This document shows positions 37,967 to 47,469 of a stretch of 64,000 nucleotides of DNA, piece after piece. The DNA lies in assembly GCA_023475235.1 (NCBI GenBank), contig JAMCWG010000129.1, positions 1,724-65,723 of the forward strand. The letters run 5' to 3'. The notes under the pieces were generated by a model. That model was not told the DNA's origin. It did not search any database and was given only the letters and a program-made list of their open reading frames with translations. The position numbers and the translations under genes are program-made. Each line of letters starts with the position of its first letter. Position 1 is the first letter of the stretch. This stretch comes from Chloroflexota bacterium. Lineage in GTDB: Bacteria; Chloroflexota; UBA6077; FW602-bin22; JAMCWG01.

Positions 37967-39133
37967 GTGAACACTCTTGAGCGATTCCAGGCTGTGATGA
38001 GCTTTGAGCCAGTAGACCGCACTTTGCTGTGGGAATTCGGCTACTGGGGCGGCGCCATACGGCGCTGGTACGACGAAGGTCTGCCCAGGAGGAGCGGCAT
38101 CCCTGCCGAAGTAGGCTATGCCGAGGGCGTTGGCGCCGAGCTCACCGGTCAGATGCCGGGCCGTTACCTGGACCGCGATGTCCACAACTATCTTGGCTTC
38201 GACGACGAGGTCCATCGCATCCCCCTCAACAACTACCTGTGCCCGGCCTTCGAGCCGGAAGTGCTGGAGGACCACGGCGAATGGCAGGTCTGGCGGGACG
38301 AGCGGGGCGTGGTGAAGCGGGACCGCAAGGACAAGGGCTCGCTGCCCGACTTCGTGTCGTGGCCGGTCACCGACCGCGAGAGCTGGGAGCGGCTGAAGGC
38401 CGAGCGGCTCCGCCCCACGCTGGAGGGCCGCCTGCCTGACGACTGGCCGCAACTCCTCGAGGCGTACAGGAAGCGGACCGCTCCGCTGGCCATAGGCGGG
38501 AGCACCGGCTTCTACGGCACCCCTCGTTATCTGCTCGGCGACCACCGCATCCTCACGATGTACTACGACGACCCGGAGCTGATGCGCGACATGGTGAATT
38601 ACCTGGCCGACTTCTGGGTGGCCATCTATGATGCCGTGCTGAAGCAGACCGGCGGCGCCGACCTGGCCCTCATCTGGGAGGATATGTCCTACAAGGGAGG
38701 TCCCCTCATATCTCCGGCGACCTTCCGGGAGTTCCTGCTGCCCGGATACAAGAAGCTCACGGCACTGTTCAGGGACCACGGCATCAAGGTAGTGCTGGTG
38801 GACACCGACGGCAACTGCTGGAAGCTCATCCCTCTGATGGTGGAGGGCGGCGTCACGGGCCTTTACCCCTTCGAAGTGAACGCCGGAATGAACGTCGTGG
38901 AGGTGAGGGAGAGCTTCCCGCGGCTGAACATCATCGGCGGCATCGACAAGGTGGCCGTGGCGGCGGGAAAGGAGCAGATCGACCGGGAGCTGGAGGCAAA
39001 GGTGCCGCTGATGCTGCGGCGGGGCGGTTACATTCCGTGCATCGATCACCACGTGTCGGCCGACATCTCCTGGGAGAACTTCCTTTATTACCGGAAGCGC
39101 CTGGCGGCAATGATCGACGCCGCGGCCGGATGA
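37967..39133 (+). CDS. uroporphyrinogen decarboxylase (URO-D) family protein, possibly a methyltransferase-type member
   Basis: 388 aa. GTG start after AAGGAGG. URO-D/MtaA-like TIM-barrel sequence pattern (LIWEDMSYKGGPLISP, VDTDGN, GGID). Exact function not assignable. Confidence 0.65.
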   Translation: MNTLERFQAVMSFEPVDRTLLWEFGYWGGAIRRWYDEGLPRRSGIPAEVGYAEGVGAELTGQMPGRYLDRDVHNYLGFDDEVHRIPLNNYLCPAFEPEVLEDHGEWQVWRDERGVVKRDRKDKGSLPDFVSWPVTDRESWERLKAERLRPTLEGRLPDDWPQLLEAYRKRTAPLAIGGSTGFYGTPRYLLGDHRILTMYYDDPELMRDMVNYLADFWVAIYDAVLKQTGGADLALIWEDMSYKGGPLISPATFREFLLPGYKKLTALFRDHGIKVVLVDTDGNCWKLIPLMVEGGVTGLYPFEVNAGMNVVEVRESFPRLNIIGGIDKVAVAAGKEQIDRELEAKVPLMLRRGGYIPCIDHHVSADISWENFLYYRKRLAAMIDAAAG

Positions 39134-39599
39134 CAAAGTCGCCTGTGGGGGAAGCAGTGAGCGGCGAAGGGCCGGTCCTGTGGGCGCCGGGTGACCCGAC
39201 CCTCACGGGACGCGAACGACCTGCAGGCAGCGTCTGCACAGACCCCGTTGCCTTCCTGACAAGACTTGACGGGAAGGCACGGATACGTTAGATATCTTTC
39301 CATTCAGGCAGCGAGCTCGCTTGCCCAGCGACGGGCGAATGGGATATATTCCAGGCACTAACTTTTTGCGCCAGGCAGATGCGTGCTTGCACGCGGCTGC
39401 GCAATAGCAGGAGGAGGTGATAGCTGGGCATGGTACACGCCAGCCGCCGCGTGGCTGGCTCGGACTTGGACCCATTCAGACCCCATCGTAGGTTTCTTTC
39501 GGGCCTTATCCAGGAAAGCCGAAAAAGGATCGGCCCCGATCGCGAGTCTAAGCATCTAAGCAATGGTGCGAAAACTGCTCGAAGAAAAAGGAGATACCC

Positions 39600-41273
39600 A
39601 TGCGATTGCTTTTGAAAGCCGGCGTTCTGATTCTGATCCTGGCGTTGCTGGGCGCGTGCGCGCCGGCTGCGCCCACCGCAGCACCGAAGGCCCCCGCTAC
39701 CGCTGCCCCGGCCGCGCCCACGGCGGCCCCCGCCGCGGCCACCGCTGCCCCGAAAGCCGCGGCGCCGACCGCCGCCCCTACCGCCCCAGCGGCCAAGATC
39801 AAGCGGGGCGGAACGTTCACCACCGCATCGGATGCCGACTGGGCATCTCTGGACCCGCACACGGCCATAAGCTCGGACCCGGGCATGAACCTTCTCTACA
39901 CCGCGCTGGTGCGCTACAAGTACAATGAGAAGACACAGAAGTTCGATTTCGAGCCGGCTCTGGCCACGGAATGGGAAGTAACCCCTACCTACGTCATCTT
40001 CAAGCTGCGGAAGGACGTCACTTTCCACGATGGCAGCAAGTTCAACGCCGAAGTGGCCAAGTGGAACATCAATCGGATGCTGACCGTCAAAGACTCCCTA
40101 ATGAAGGTTGACATCCCCAACATCAGCTCTGTCGATGTCGTAGACGAGTATACTATCAAGGTCAACCTCAGCGCCCCGCCCGCCGGACTGCTGGAGATGC
40201 TCAGCAACGGCAACACGCAGAAGCCGATGATGCTCTCCAAGGACAACTTCGACAAGAACGGGGAGCAGGGCCTTCGGACACGCCCCGCCGGCACCGGGCC
40301 GATGAAGTTCGTGGAGTGGAAGACAGCCGACCATCTGACACTGGAAAAGGCGGACAAGTACTGGGAGAACGGCGCTGACGGCAAGCCTCTGCCGTATCTG
40401 GACAGAGTCACTATCCGCGTGATACCCGACCAGACGGCAAAGGCCCTGGCGCTTCGCACCGACAACATCCAGTTCGCCGTCAGCCCTGATCCAAAGGATG
40501 TGGCTGGTCTGAAGAGCACCCCCACTTTGGATGTCATCACTCTCCCCTGGAGGTCAGACGCCGGCTACGGCTTCTTCAATATGGGCGCCGACAAATGGAA
40601 GAGCAATCAAAAACTGCGCCAGGCGCTACTCTACGGCATCGATCGCAAGGCTATCGCCGGTGTGTTAGGTATGGGCACGGCTCAGGCCGCCAATTGGCAC
40701 TGGGCCAAGGGCATGATCGGCTACGATGAGAGCGTGCCGTATTACGACTATCAGCCCGACAAGGCCAAGCAACTGTTGACTGAGGCCGGGTTCCCTAACG
40801 GAGTAGACGTCGAGATCTCGGCCCGGGCTAAGGGCCAAGACGGCAAGGTAGCCGAGATGCTTCAGTCGATGTGGGGCAAGCTGAACATCAAGACCACGAT
40901 CACAAGCATGGAAGGCGTGGCCTGGAACAACGCGATGCGCGCCGGCCAGTTTGACATCGGCATCTCCGGAAAGCAGATCGGCGAGCTCGACCCGCGGTCG
41001 CTGGGCTTCCGCTTCGAGACGGATGGCCCGAAGAACTTCGCGCACACCGACAACAAAGATTTGGACAAGTGTATGGCCGAAGGTGTGAGCACATCGGACA
41101 CTGCCAAGCGGCAGGAGACCTACAAGCGCTGCCAGACGTTGATCTTCAATGATGCCGCGTTCTGGCTCACCTGGGAATGGCCGTTCACCATCGTGGTAAA
41201 CAAAGCACTCAAGGACTACGGACTGGACTACGATGGTCAGCTTCGGCTGGAGAAGGCCTGGCTGGACAAGTAG
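39600..41273 (+). CDS. ABC transporter substrate-binding lipoprotein, family 5; paralog of 14682-16334
   Basis: AAGGAG RBS, lipobox LGAC and an Ala/Pro linker. Shares blocks with the first SBP (KIKRGG, LRKDVTFxDGSKFNAEVAKWN, VDVVDEYT, DLDKCM). No transporter partners adjacent. Confidence 0.85.
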   Translation: MRLLLKAGVLILILALLGACAPAAPTAAPKAPATAAPAAPTAAPAAATAAPKAAAPTAAPTAPAAKIKRGGTFTTASDADWASLDPHTAISSDPGMNLLYTALVRYKYNEKTQKFDFEPALATEWEVTPTYVIFKLRKDVTFHDGSKFNAEVAKWNINRMLTVKDSLMKVDIPNISSVDVVDEYTIKVNLSAPPAGLLEMLSNGNTQKPMMLSKDNFDKNGEQGLRTRPAGTGPMKFVEWKTADHLTLEKADKYWENGADGKPLPYLDRVTIRVIPDQTAKALALRTDNIQFAVSPDPKDVAGLKSTPTLDVITLPWRSDAGYGFFNMGADKWKSNQKLRQALLYGIDRKAIAGVLGMGTAQAANWHWAKGMIGYDESVPYYDYQPDKAKQLLTEAGFPNGVDVEISARAKGQDGKVAEMLQSMWGKLNIKTTITSMEGVAWNNAMRAGQFDIGISGKQIGELDPRSLGFRFETDGPKNFAHTDNKDLDKCMAEGVSTSDTAKRQETYKRCQTLIFNDAAFWLTWEWPFTIVVNKALKDYGLDYDGQLRLEKAWLDK

Positions 41274-41304
41274 CCCGCTTTCCGTCAGCGGCGAACGCAA
41301 CGAT

Positions 41305-41340
41305 ATGGCCACGGCAGGGAGGGATCCCTGCCGTGGCCAT
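41305..41340 (+). terminator. perfect 16-bp stem hairpin after the second SBP gene
   Basis: atggccacggcaggga - ggga - tccctgccgtggccat, followed by cttt. Confidence 0.6.
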
Positions 41341-42359
41341 CTTTCCGCCGTGGCTGTCCTCGCTGAAGCGATCAACGGTCCAACAGGCATGAGGATCGTC
41401 CAGATCGCGCAGGGGCGGACGGCGCGGCGTGCCTGCACAACCGCTGGCGCCGGGGCTGGGGTTGCGGCCTTCTGCGCCCGGGCCGCAACCCGGTGAGTGC
41501 CCCGCCTGGCAGAAAGAAGACCACCGACCCAAGCCCTAAGCAGACTCGGATCGGTGGCCCCGAGAGCCGCACCGCTCGGCTACATTTTCGTCAGCGATGT
41601 CGGCGGAGCAGCCGGAGCAATTCTATTCTCGCGACTATCGAAAGTCAAGCATACTTAGGCCATTTTTTGTAATTCTTTCAATAATTGCTCGTCGCGCCGG
41701 TTATGGGGATGCGACTATGTCGACGTCCATTCGCTCGCTTCGGCCGGGTAAGTCAGGCGCGTGCCAGCCGCCTTCGCAAAGGGCCTTCCCGTGGCATTGG
41801 GCTGACCTCCTTGGAGCAATCCTTGAGCTGTATTCGGTAGGGCCTCTCTCTCTTCTGAAAATAGCGAAGCATTTTCATCAGCGGTGGCGTCCCGAAGGGA
41901 CATGGAAACTTTTCAAAGTCGCCAGCCACGAATCAGACGGCGCTTCGGTTGCCTTGCCAGCGGCAGTTGACCTCACCTCCGGCCTTCGGCCACCCCTCGC
42001 CAGGGGGTGAGGTAAACCCCACGAGCAGCCGGATCAGCGGACTTTGACATGACCCTACGTATTCGGTTAGGGCGGTTGCCTTTCCGTCAACCCGCGAGTC
42101 TACAGCAAGGTGGTCATCCCATCCATGTATATCTACGACTACCACCGGAACCCCAGGTTGTTGGTACTACCCAACACCCATACGAATTACGTTGGTTTGG
42201 GCGGACTGAAGAACTGACCGCCGCGGTCGATACTTTGAATATAAACCATCATCATTGACGGGCCGCGCGGTCTGATCGAAAGAAAAGAAATGTATTGTCC
42301 TCACGCATCCGTTTTGCTAAACTAACCAGGATAGCGTCCAGTGGATCAGACAGGGGCCA
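41341..42359. other. about 1 kb lower-GC stretch without a credible gene
   Basis: Hand counts on 60-nt lines give about 40-48% GC against about 65% in flanking genes. Only short ORFs in shifting frames. Contains a hairpin ggttgcggcc...ggccgcaacc near 41459-41490. Confidence 0.5.
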
Positions 42360-42386
42360 GTGGCGAGGTGGAGATCATCGGGCGAG

Positions 42387-42992
42387 ATGGAAATCATCGG
42401 AATCGGAATCGGGCTTCTGGGATTCGGTCTATTTGCAGTTTGGGAATGTATCTTCCTGACGCGGGCCAGATTCCTTAAGCCGGTGCTGCTGGTCACGACG
42501 ATCAGCCTCAAATCCTGGGCCACATGGATGGTCTGTCTGCATCCGGACAAGCTACCTATACCCGAATGGCTGAGCCATCTCGGTGCAGCTCTGGCTATTG
42601 GCTTCTTTTCCTTGATGGTCTACTCCATATTCCTGGAGGTGCCTTTCGCCGCCACCTACGGCACGGGCATCGGCGAGCGCCGGCTGATCGTCAGTGGGAC
42701 TTACGCTCTTTGCCGGCATCCCGGTGTGCTATGGTATCCCTTCATCGGGCTGGGACTATTCCTGCTTTTCTCCTCCAAGCTGATTCTGATAGCCTGGCCG
42801 ATCTGGAGTCTGGCCAACGCAGCTTGCATTATTGTGGAAGAAAAAGTACAGTTGGAGCGAGCTTTTGGCGATCAATACAGGGCATACCAGAGCAACACCC
42901 CTATGGTGATACCTACATCACGCAGTTTGTCAAGGTTCCTGGCACAGTTCACAGCAACAGACGGGGCCACCAATGAAAACATTAGGCAATAG
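42387..42992 (+). CDS. ICMT/PEMT-family membrane methyltransferase
   Basis: GTYALCRHPGVLWYP and IVEEKVQLERAFGDQYRAYQSNTPMVIP match the isoprenylcysteine carboxyl methyltransferase family pattern. Several TM segments. A GTG at 42360 is an alternative start. Confidence 0.75.
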   Translation: MEIIGIGIGLLGFGLFAVWECIFLTRARFLKPVLLVTTISLKSWATWMVCLHPDKLPIPEWLSHLGAALAIGFFSLMVYSIFLEVPFAATYGTGIGERRLIVSGTYALCRHPGVLWYPFIGLGLFLLFSSKLILIAWPIWSLANAACIIVEEKVQLERAFGDQYRAYQSNTPMVIPTSRSLSRFLAQFTATDGATNENIRQ

Positions 42993-43001
42993 GGGGCTAT
43001 A

Positions 43002-44621
43002 ATGACGACGGCGTTACAGTTGCTCAGAGAAGGGCGCACGAGGGACTTGTGGAACAAGTACTGCGGGTTCATCGACTTGAGCCTCTCGGAATTCCTGAAC
43101 ATACAGCGAAACCTGTTGTTGGAGCAGATCGATCTGCTCGGTCGCTGTGAGCTGGGCAGGGTTGTCATGAGAGGGGCACGGCCGAAAACAGTCGACGAGT
43201 TCCGGCGGGAAGTGCCTATTACCACATACCTGGACTACGCACCCTACCTGCTCTCCCAGCGCGAGGAGATGCTGCCCGAGCCAGCAATGTACTGGCAGCG
43301 GACCTCCGGCCGGTCGGGCGAGTATCCTGCCAAGTGGATGCCGGTGACCCAGCGATGGGCCAACGCGATCGCCACTGAGGGCATCGCCATTATGCTCTTC
43401 AGCGCATGCAAGGACCGGTACCATGTCCCACTCGAGGAACACGATACAATTCTATACGCGATCGCTCCACCTCCCTTTGCCACCGGCACGCTAATCTGCA
43501 ATATGAACAACGAATTCAACTTCGACTGGCTTCCGCCGGTGGAGCAAGCTGAGAAGATGACCTTCGAGGAGCGGCTGAGCACGGGCTTCTCTCTGGGTAT
43601 GACTAAAGGCATCGACTTCATAATGGCCCTGTCCAGCGTGCTCATACGGATGGGAGAGCAGTTCGTGGAAGCGTCGCGGACCGGGAAACGGCGGTCCATG
43701 CCGTCCCACCCGGCTGCATTTACCCGGGTGATGAAGGGAGTGCTGAAGAGCCGCATGGCCGGGCGGCCACTTATGCCCAAGGACCTCTGGACTCTGAAGG
43801 GTCTGATGCCGTACGGCATGGACACACATATCTATCGCAGCCGCATCCACGAGCTGTGGGGTCGCCACCCACTGGAGGTGTACGCGGGCACCGAGATCGG
43901 TCTCGTGGCCGTACAGACCTGGGACTACGACGCAATGACTTTCTTTCCTGATCTCTGCTTTTTCGAGTTCATCCCTGAAAGTGAGCTCCAGAGGGCTGCG
44001 GATAACAACTCGTACGAGCCGAGCACGCTTCTCCTGGACGAGGTGGAGCCAGGGAAGAAGTACGAGCTGGTAGTCACCAATTTTCACGGCGGGCCTTTCG
44101 TCCGCTACCGCTCGGGCGATATGATTGAGATCACCGCCCTGCGCAATCAGAAGCTGAACATCGATATTCCCCAGATGCAGTTCTACGCTCGAGCAGATGG
44201 ACTGATCGACCTCGCCGGCTTCACCCGCCTAACGGAACAGATCATCTGGCAGGCCCTGGCCACTTCGGGCATACCTTTTGAAGAATGGACGGCCCGCAAG
44301 GAGACGCAGGGCAGCCACGCCTGCCTTCATCTGTACCTGGAACCCAAAGACGGACAAGTTCGCGCGGAGGAGGTACGGCAGGCGGTGCACGAGCGTCTGA
44401 AAGAGCTTGACCGGGACTACGCGGACGTGGAAAACGTGCTGGGCATCAATCCGCTGGGGGTGACGCTCCTGAGCCAGGGCACCTTCGAGGAATACATGTC
44501 GCGCCAGCGCGGCGCCGGCGCGGAGCCTGCGCACTGGAAACCCACCCATATGAACCCGCGCGATATGATCGTGAGCACGCTTCTTGAGATAGGCCGCGAT
44601 GGGCGAAAAAGCGTTTCTTAG
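43002..44621 (+). CDS. GH3-family (acyl-acid amido synthetase-like, adenylate-forming) protein
   Basis: 539 aa. N-terminal region (FRREVPITTYLDYAPYL) and overall layout typical of bacterial GH3 auxin-responsive-promoter family proteins. Starts 9 nt after the methyltransferase stop. Confidence 0.7.
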   Translation: MTTALQLLREGRTRDLWNKYCGFIDLSLSEFLNIQRNLLLEQIDLLGRCELGRVVMRGARPKTVDEFRREVPITTYLDYAPYLLSQREEMLPEPAMYWQRTSGRSGEYPAKWMPVTQRWANAIATEGIAIMLFSACKDRYHVPLEEHDTILYAIAPPPFATGTLICNMNNEFNFDWLPPVEQAEKMTFEERLSTGFSLGMTKGIDFIMALSSVLIRMGEQFVEASRTGKRRSMPSHPAAFTRVMKGVLKSRMAGRPLMPKDLWTLKGLMPYGMDTHIYRSRIHELWGRHPLEVYAGTEIGLVAVQTWDYDAMTFFPDLCFFEFIPESELQRAADNNSYEPSTLLLDEVEPGKKYELVVTNFHGGPFVRYRSGDMIEITALRNQKLNIDIPQMQFYARADGLIDLAGFTRLTEQIIWQALATSGIPFEEWTARKETQGSHACLHLYLEPKDGQVRAEEVRQAVHERLKELDRDYADVENVLGINPLGVTLLSQGTFEEYMSRQRGAGAEPAHWKPTHMNPRDMIVSTLLEIGRDGRKSVS

Positions 44622-44672
44622 CCGCCCAGCTTCACCGCTGGGCGAATTGCCCGACCGACGGCAGGAGAACTT

Positions 44673-46784
44673 ATGCTCCTCGCCCTGATACCTCTGTCCG
44701 GTGTTTTTCTCTACGCAGGCCTGGCAATGCTCGGTATACTGGCCCGACCGCGAGACCGCGTACACCTTGCGTTCACGTCTTATGTGGTGGGCCTGTTTGT
44801 TTCCAGCGTCGGCTCCTTCGGTGCCCGCGTTCAATTGCCCTGGCTGGGGACGATGGAGTGGTCGCAGCTACTGTTCATCGGCTCCCTGTGGCCGATAGTT
44901 GCCTACTTCCACTTCGCGGTGGAGTTTCTCCGGCTTCACAATCGCTTCACCTCTGTCTGCCTGATCGTAGGCTACGGGATGTTCATTGCCCTGTCGGTAG
45001 GTACCCTGATTGGGCTGGTCTTCGAGACCTCGCAATACCTCGATGGCACGTGGGTGATACGCCTGGGGCCGCTGGCCTATGTCACCTATGCGTGGGGCAC
45101 CCTCTATATGGGGATGGCCATATTCCTGCTCGGGCGGACCTTCGCCAGGGCGTCCAGCCAGTTCACCCGCAACCGTATTTTCTACGTCCTGGTCGGCGCA
45201 GTGGCGACGACGCTCGGCTCGTACACCAACGTTGTTCCGGCGCTGGCCGCCCTGCCTATCGACCGGGTTGGGTATCTCATCAACGCCGCTTGCATCACCT
45301 ACGCGATGTTCCGGTACCGGCTGCTCGGCATGCATACCATTGCTTTCAGCAGCCTGGTTTACTCCACGCTCACTATCGCCCTGGCGGGCGAGTTCCTGGC
45401 CCTGGCCGTTGCCGCCAATTTCGTCCTGTCGACGATGAGCGAGGGTATCGACCGGTCGGTGGGATTCGTCCTGGCGGCAATGGTTATGGTGGTATTCTCC
45501 CAGCCGGCCCGCGAAAGGGTGGAGCGCTGGGCCGAGCGCCTCGTGTACGGCCGCGGCTACAGCGAGCGGATGGCCCTGGAGGCCTTCGCTCAAGAGATGC
45601 TTTCGGTGCTGGATGTACAGACGCTTGGCCGGACCACTTTGCAGGTGCTCTCCCGTACCTTTGGCGTAGCCCAGGTCGGCGTCTGGCTGAGGTCATCCCG
45701 GCTCGGAGGCTACAGCCTGATCACGTGGAACGACGACACGACGCCCCGCTCTCCATCCCTCTTGAAGCCTGAGCACCCCATTGTCCGCTATCTCATCCGA
45801 GACAAGCACCATTTGACGCTCGAGCAAATGGAGATGGACGCCACTTTCCGGAGCCTCTGGCAGACGGAAAACGAGGAGCTGGCAGCTAACCACTGGGCGC
45901 TGTTCCTGGGCTTGCGCAGCCACGAAAGGTTAGTCGGCGTCCTGGGTATCGGGCCCCAGACGTCGGGTGATGAGTTTACCGAACGTGACCTGGCATTGCT
46001 GGAGAGGCTGGCGGAACGGGCCTCTATCGCCTTCGAGAATGCGGCCCTGATGCAGGACTTGACCGAGATAGAGGCCCTGCGGGAAGTCAACAGGCTGAAA
46101 GACGAGCTGGTCACAACCGTGTCGCACGAGCTGCGGACGCCGCTCACGCTGGTGCTGGGCTACGCCGAACTACTGACCTCCGGCAACCTGCCTCTAGACA
46201 GGGTGAGACACGCCGCCACCGAGGTCTTTCGCGGGGCTGAGCAACTGAGAACGCTCGTCGACGACTTGCTGGATATATCCCGGCTGCAGACCGGCCGCTT
46301 CCGGCTCCAACGCGCAAACGTGGACCTGGCCACTTTGGTCCGCCAGGTCGTCGCCGACCTCGGGCCCAGCACGAGCCAACACCGGCTGGAAATGGACCTG
46401 CCCCCTCAAGCGCCGCCGGTGTATGCCGATGCCGGGCGTATCCGCCAGGTCTTGACCAACCTCATCACGAATGCCATAAAGTACACCCCTGGGGGAGGCA
46501 TCATCACGATTACCTTGAAGGCTGACCGCCACGCCCTGACGGTCCAGGTCTCTGACCACGGGATAGGCATCCCAAAACAACATGTTGGCCGCGTCTTCGA
46601 GCCGTTCTACAGAGTGGACACGCCGTTGCACCGGCAGGTATCGGGGACTGGCCTGGGGCTGGCCATCTGCAAGCACATCATCGAGGCACACGACGGCCAG
46701 ATCTGGGTCACCAGTGAGGAGGGCGTAGGGAGCACCTTCGGCTTCGCCCTGCCGGCACCGGACGGGATAGCCGGCCCCAACTGA
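44673..46784 (+). CDS. sensor histidine kinase: N-terminal 7TM domain - GAF - HisKA - HATPase_c
   Basis: 703 aa. Seven hydrophobic segments, a GAF-like region, the H-box VSHELRTPL, and N/G boxes (NLITNAIKYT, GTGLGLAICK). No response regulator adjacent. Confidence 0.88.
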   Translation: MLLALIPLSGVFLYAGLAMLGILARPRDRVHLAFTSYVVGLFVSSVGSFGARVQLPWLGTMEWSQLLFIGSLWPIVAYFHFAVEFLRLHNRFTSVCLIVGYGMFIALSVGTLIGLVFETSQYLDGTWVIRLGPLAYVTYAWGTLYMGMAIFLLGRTFARASSQFTRNRIFYVLVGAVATTLGSYTNVVPALAALPIDRVGYLINAACITYAMFRYRLLGMHTIAFSSLVYSTLTIALAGEFLALAVAANFVLSTMSEGIDRSVGFVLAAMVMVVFSQPARERVERWAERLVYGRGYSERMALEAFAQEMLSVLDVQTLGRTTLQVLSRTFGVAQVGVWLRSSRLGGYSLITWNDDTTPRSPSLLKPEHPIVRYLIRDKHHLTLEQMEMDATFRSLWQTENEELAANHWALFLGLRSHERLVGVLGIGPQTSGDEFTERDLALLERLAERASIAFENAALMQDLTEIEALREVNRLKDELVTTVSHELRTPLTLVLGYAELLTSGNLPLDRVRHAATEVFRGAEQLRTLVDDLLDISRLQTGRFRLQRANVDLATLVRQVVADLGPSTSQHRLEMDLPPQAPPVYADAGRIRQVLTNLITNAIKYTPGGGIITITLKADRHALTVQVSDHGIGIPKQHVGRVFEPFYRVDTPLHRQVSGTGLGLAICKHIIEAHDGQIWVTSEEGVGSTFGFALPAPDGIAGPN

Positions 46785-46828
46785 CAGATCGTATCAGTGG
46801 GGCCAGCCCAGCCAATCGTCCCTAGCCC

Positions 46829-47344
46829 TTAGCGTGCCGACGGCACTATCTGCCCGTTAGCCACCACGAAGTTGATGGGGTCCCCGTTCCCCTGCTTGCC
46901 CTGGACCGTCATCGTCTGCGGGGAGCCAGTGATTCGGTTCCAGTGCAAAGTCATTGTCCCGCTGGCGTTATTGAGCGCCAACACCTGCGTCCCGAAGAAC
47001 AGTGGCACCCGTATAATACTGGGATCGCTGGGAACAGGGTAAAACCAGCACATGTTAGTCCCATTCACCCAAGAGGCAGGTGGACCCGGCGGAACATTGG
47101 TCATCCGATATAGGGTGCCCGTGGTGGCCCAGAAGGGGAACACCGAGTTCTCGACGCCGTTGGGCTCAGCGCCCCAGCGGCCCTTCATGTTCAACGCACT
47201 TGCGTAGAAGACAAGGCCACCAGGGGCGGGCGAGCACCAAGGCCCGCCCCAAGGGAAGGGGGTAGGTTGGGTCGCCAGGGCCGAGGAGGCGCCCAGCGTT
47301 GACAATAAGGCTACGATGGCAAGGGCGACGATCAGCTTCTTCAT
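46829..47344 (-). CDS. secreted hypothetical protein
   Basis: Start set at the ATG at 47344, 6 nt after GAGGAGA. Signal peptide MKKLIVALAIVALLSTLGASSALA. The Trp/Pro/Gly-rich mature part has no motif I recognise. Confidence 0.6.
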   Translation of the reverse strand: MKKLIVALAIVALLSTLGASSALATQPTPFPWGGPWCSPAPGGLVFYASALNMKGRWGAEPNGVENSVFPFWATTGTLYRMTNVPPGPPASWVNGTNMCWFYPVPSDPSIIRVPLFFGTQVLALNNASGTMTLHWNRITGSPQTMTVQGKQGNGDPINFVVANGQIVPSAR

Positions 47345-47469
47345 ACCCATTCTCCTCTTTGACGCAGCGAATATCCATAGCCGGGCGGAGAGCGCAGTCC
47401 GCGCCTTCCGGACAGCTCTGTCTATGCCAGTGGGTCTCGTCATGGTATATTATCGTCAGGATCAGTTGA

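Noticed and set aside
37913-39136. 407-aa minus-strand ORF
   Set aside because: It is antisense to the URO-D family gene, which has a strong AAGGAGG RBS and a recognisable fold pattern.
39430-39615. 61-aa ORF with an AGGAGGAGG upstream, ahead of the second SBP gene
   Set aside because: The product is highly basic and low-complexity. The frame runs into the SBP start and third-position GC is poor. It is more likely part of the SBP 5' leader.
41597-42010. 137-aa plus-strand ORF in the lower-GC spacer
   Set aside because: It has no RBS and no motif. It is a mixed-composition product in a region where every frame is broken. It is treated as non-coding or decayed DNA, though with only moderate certainty.
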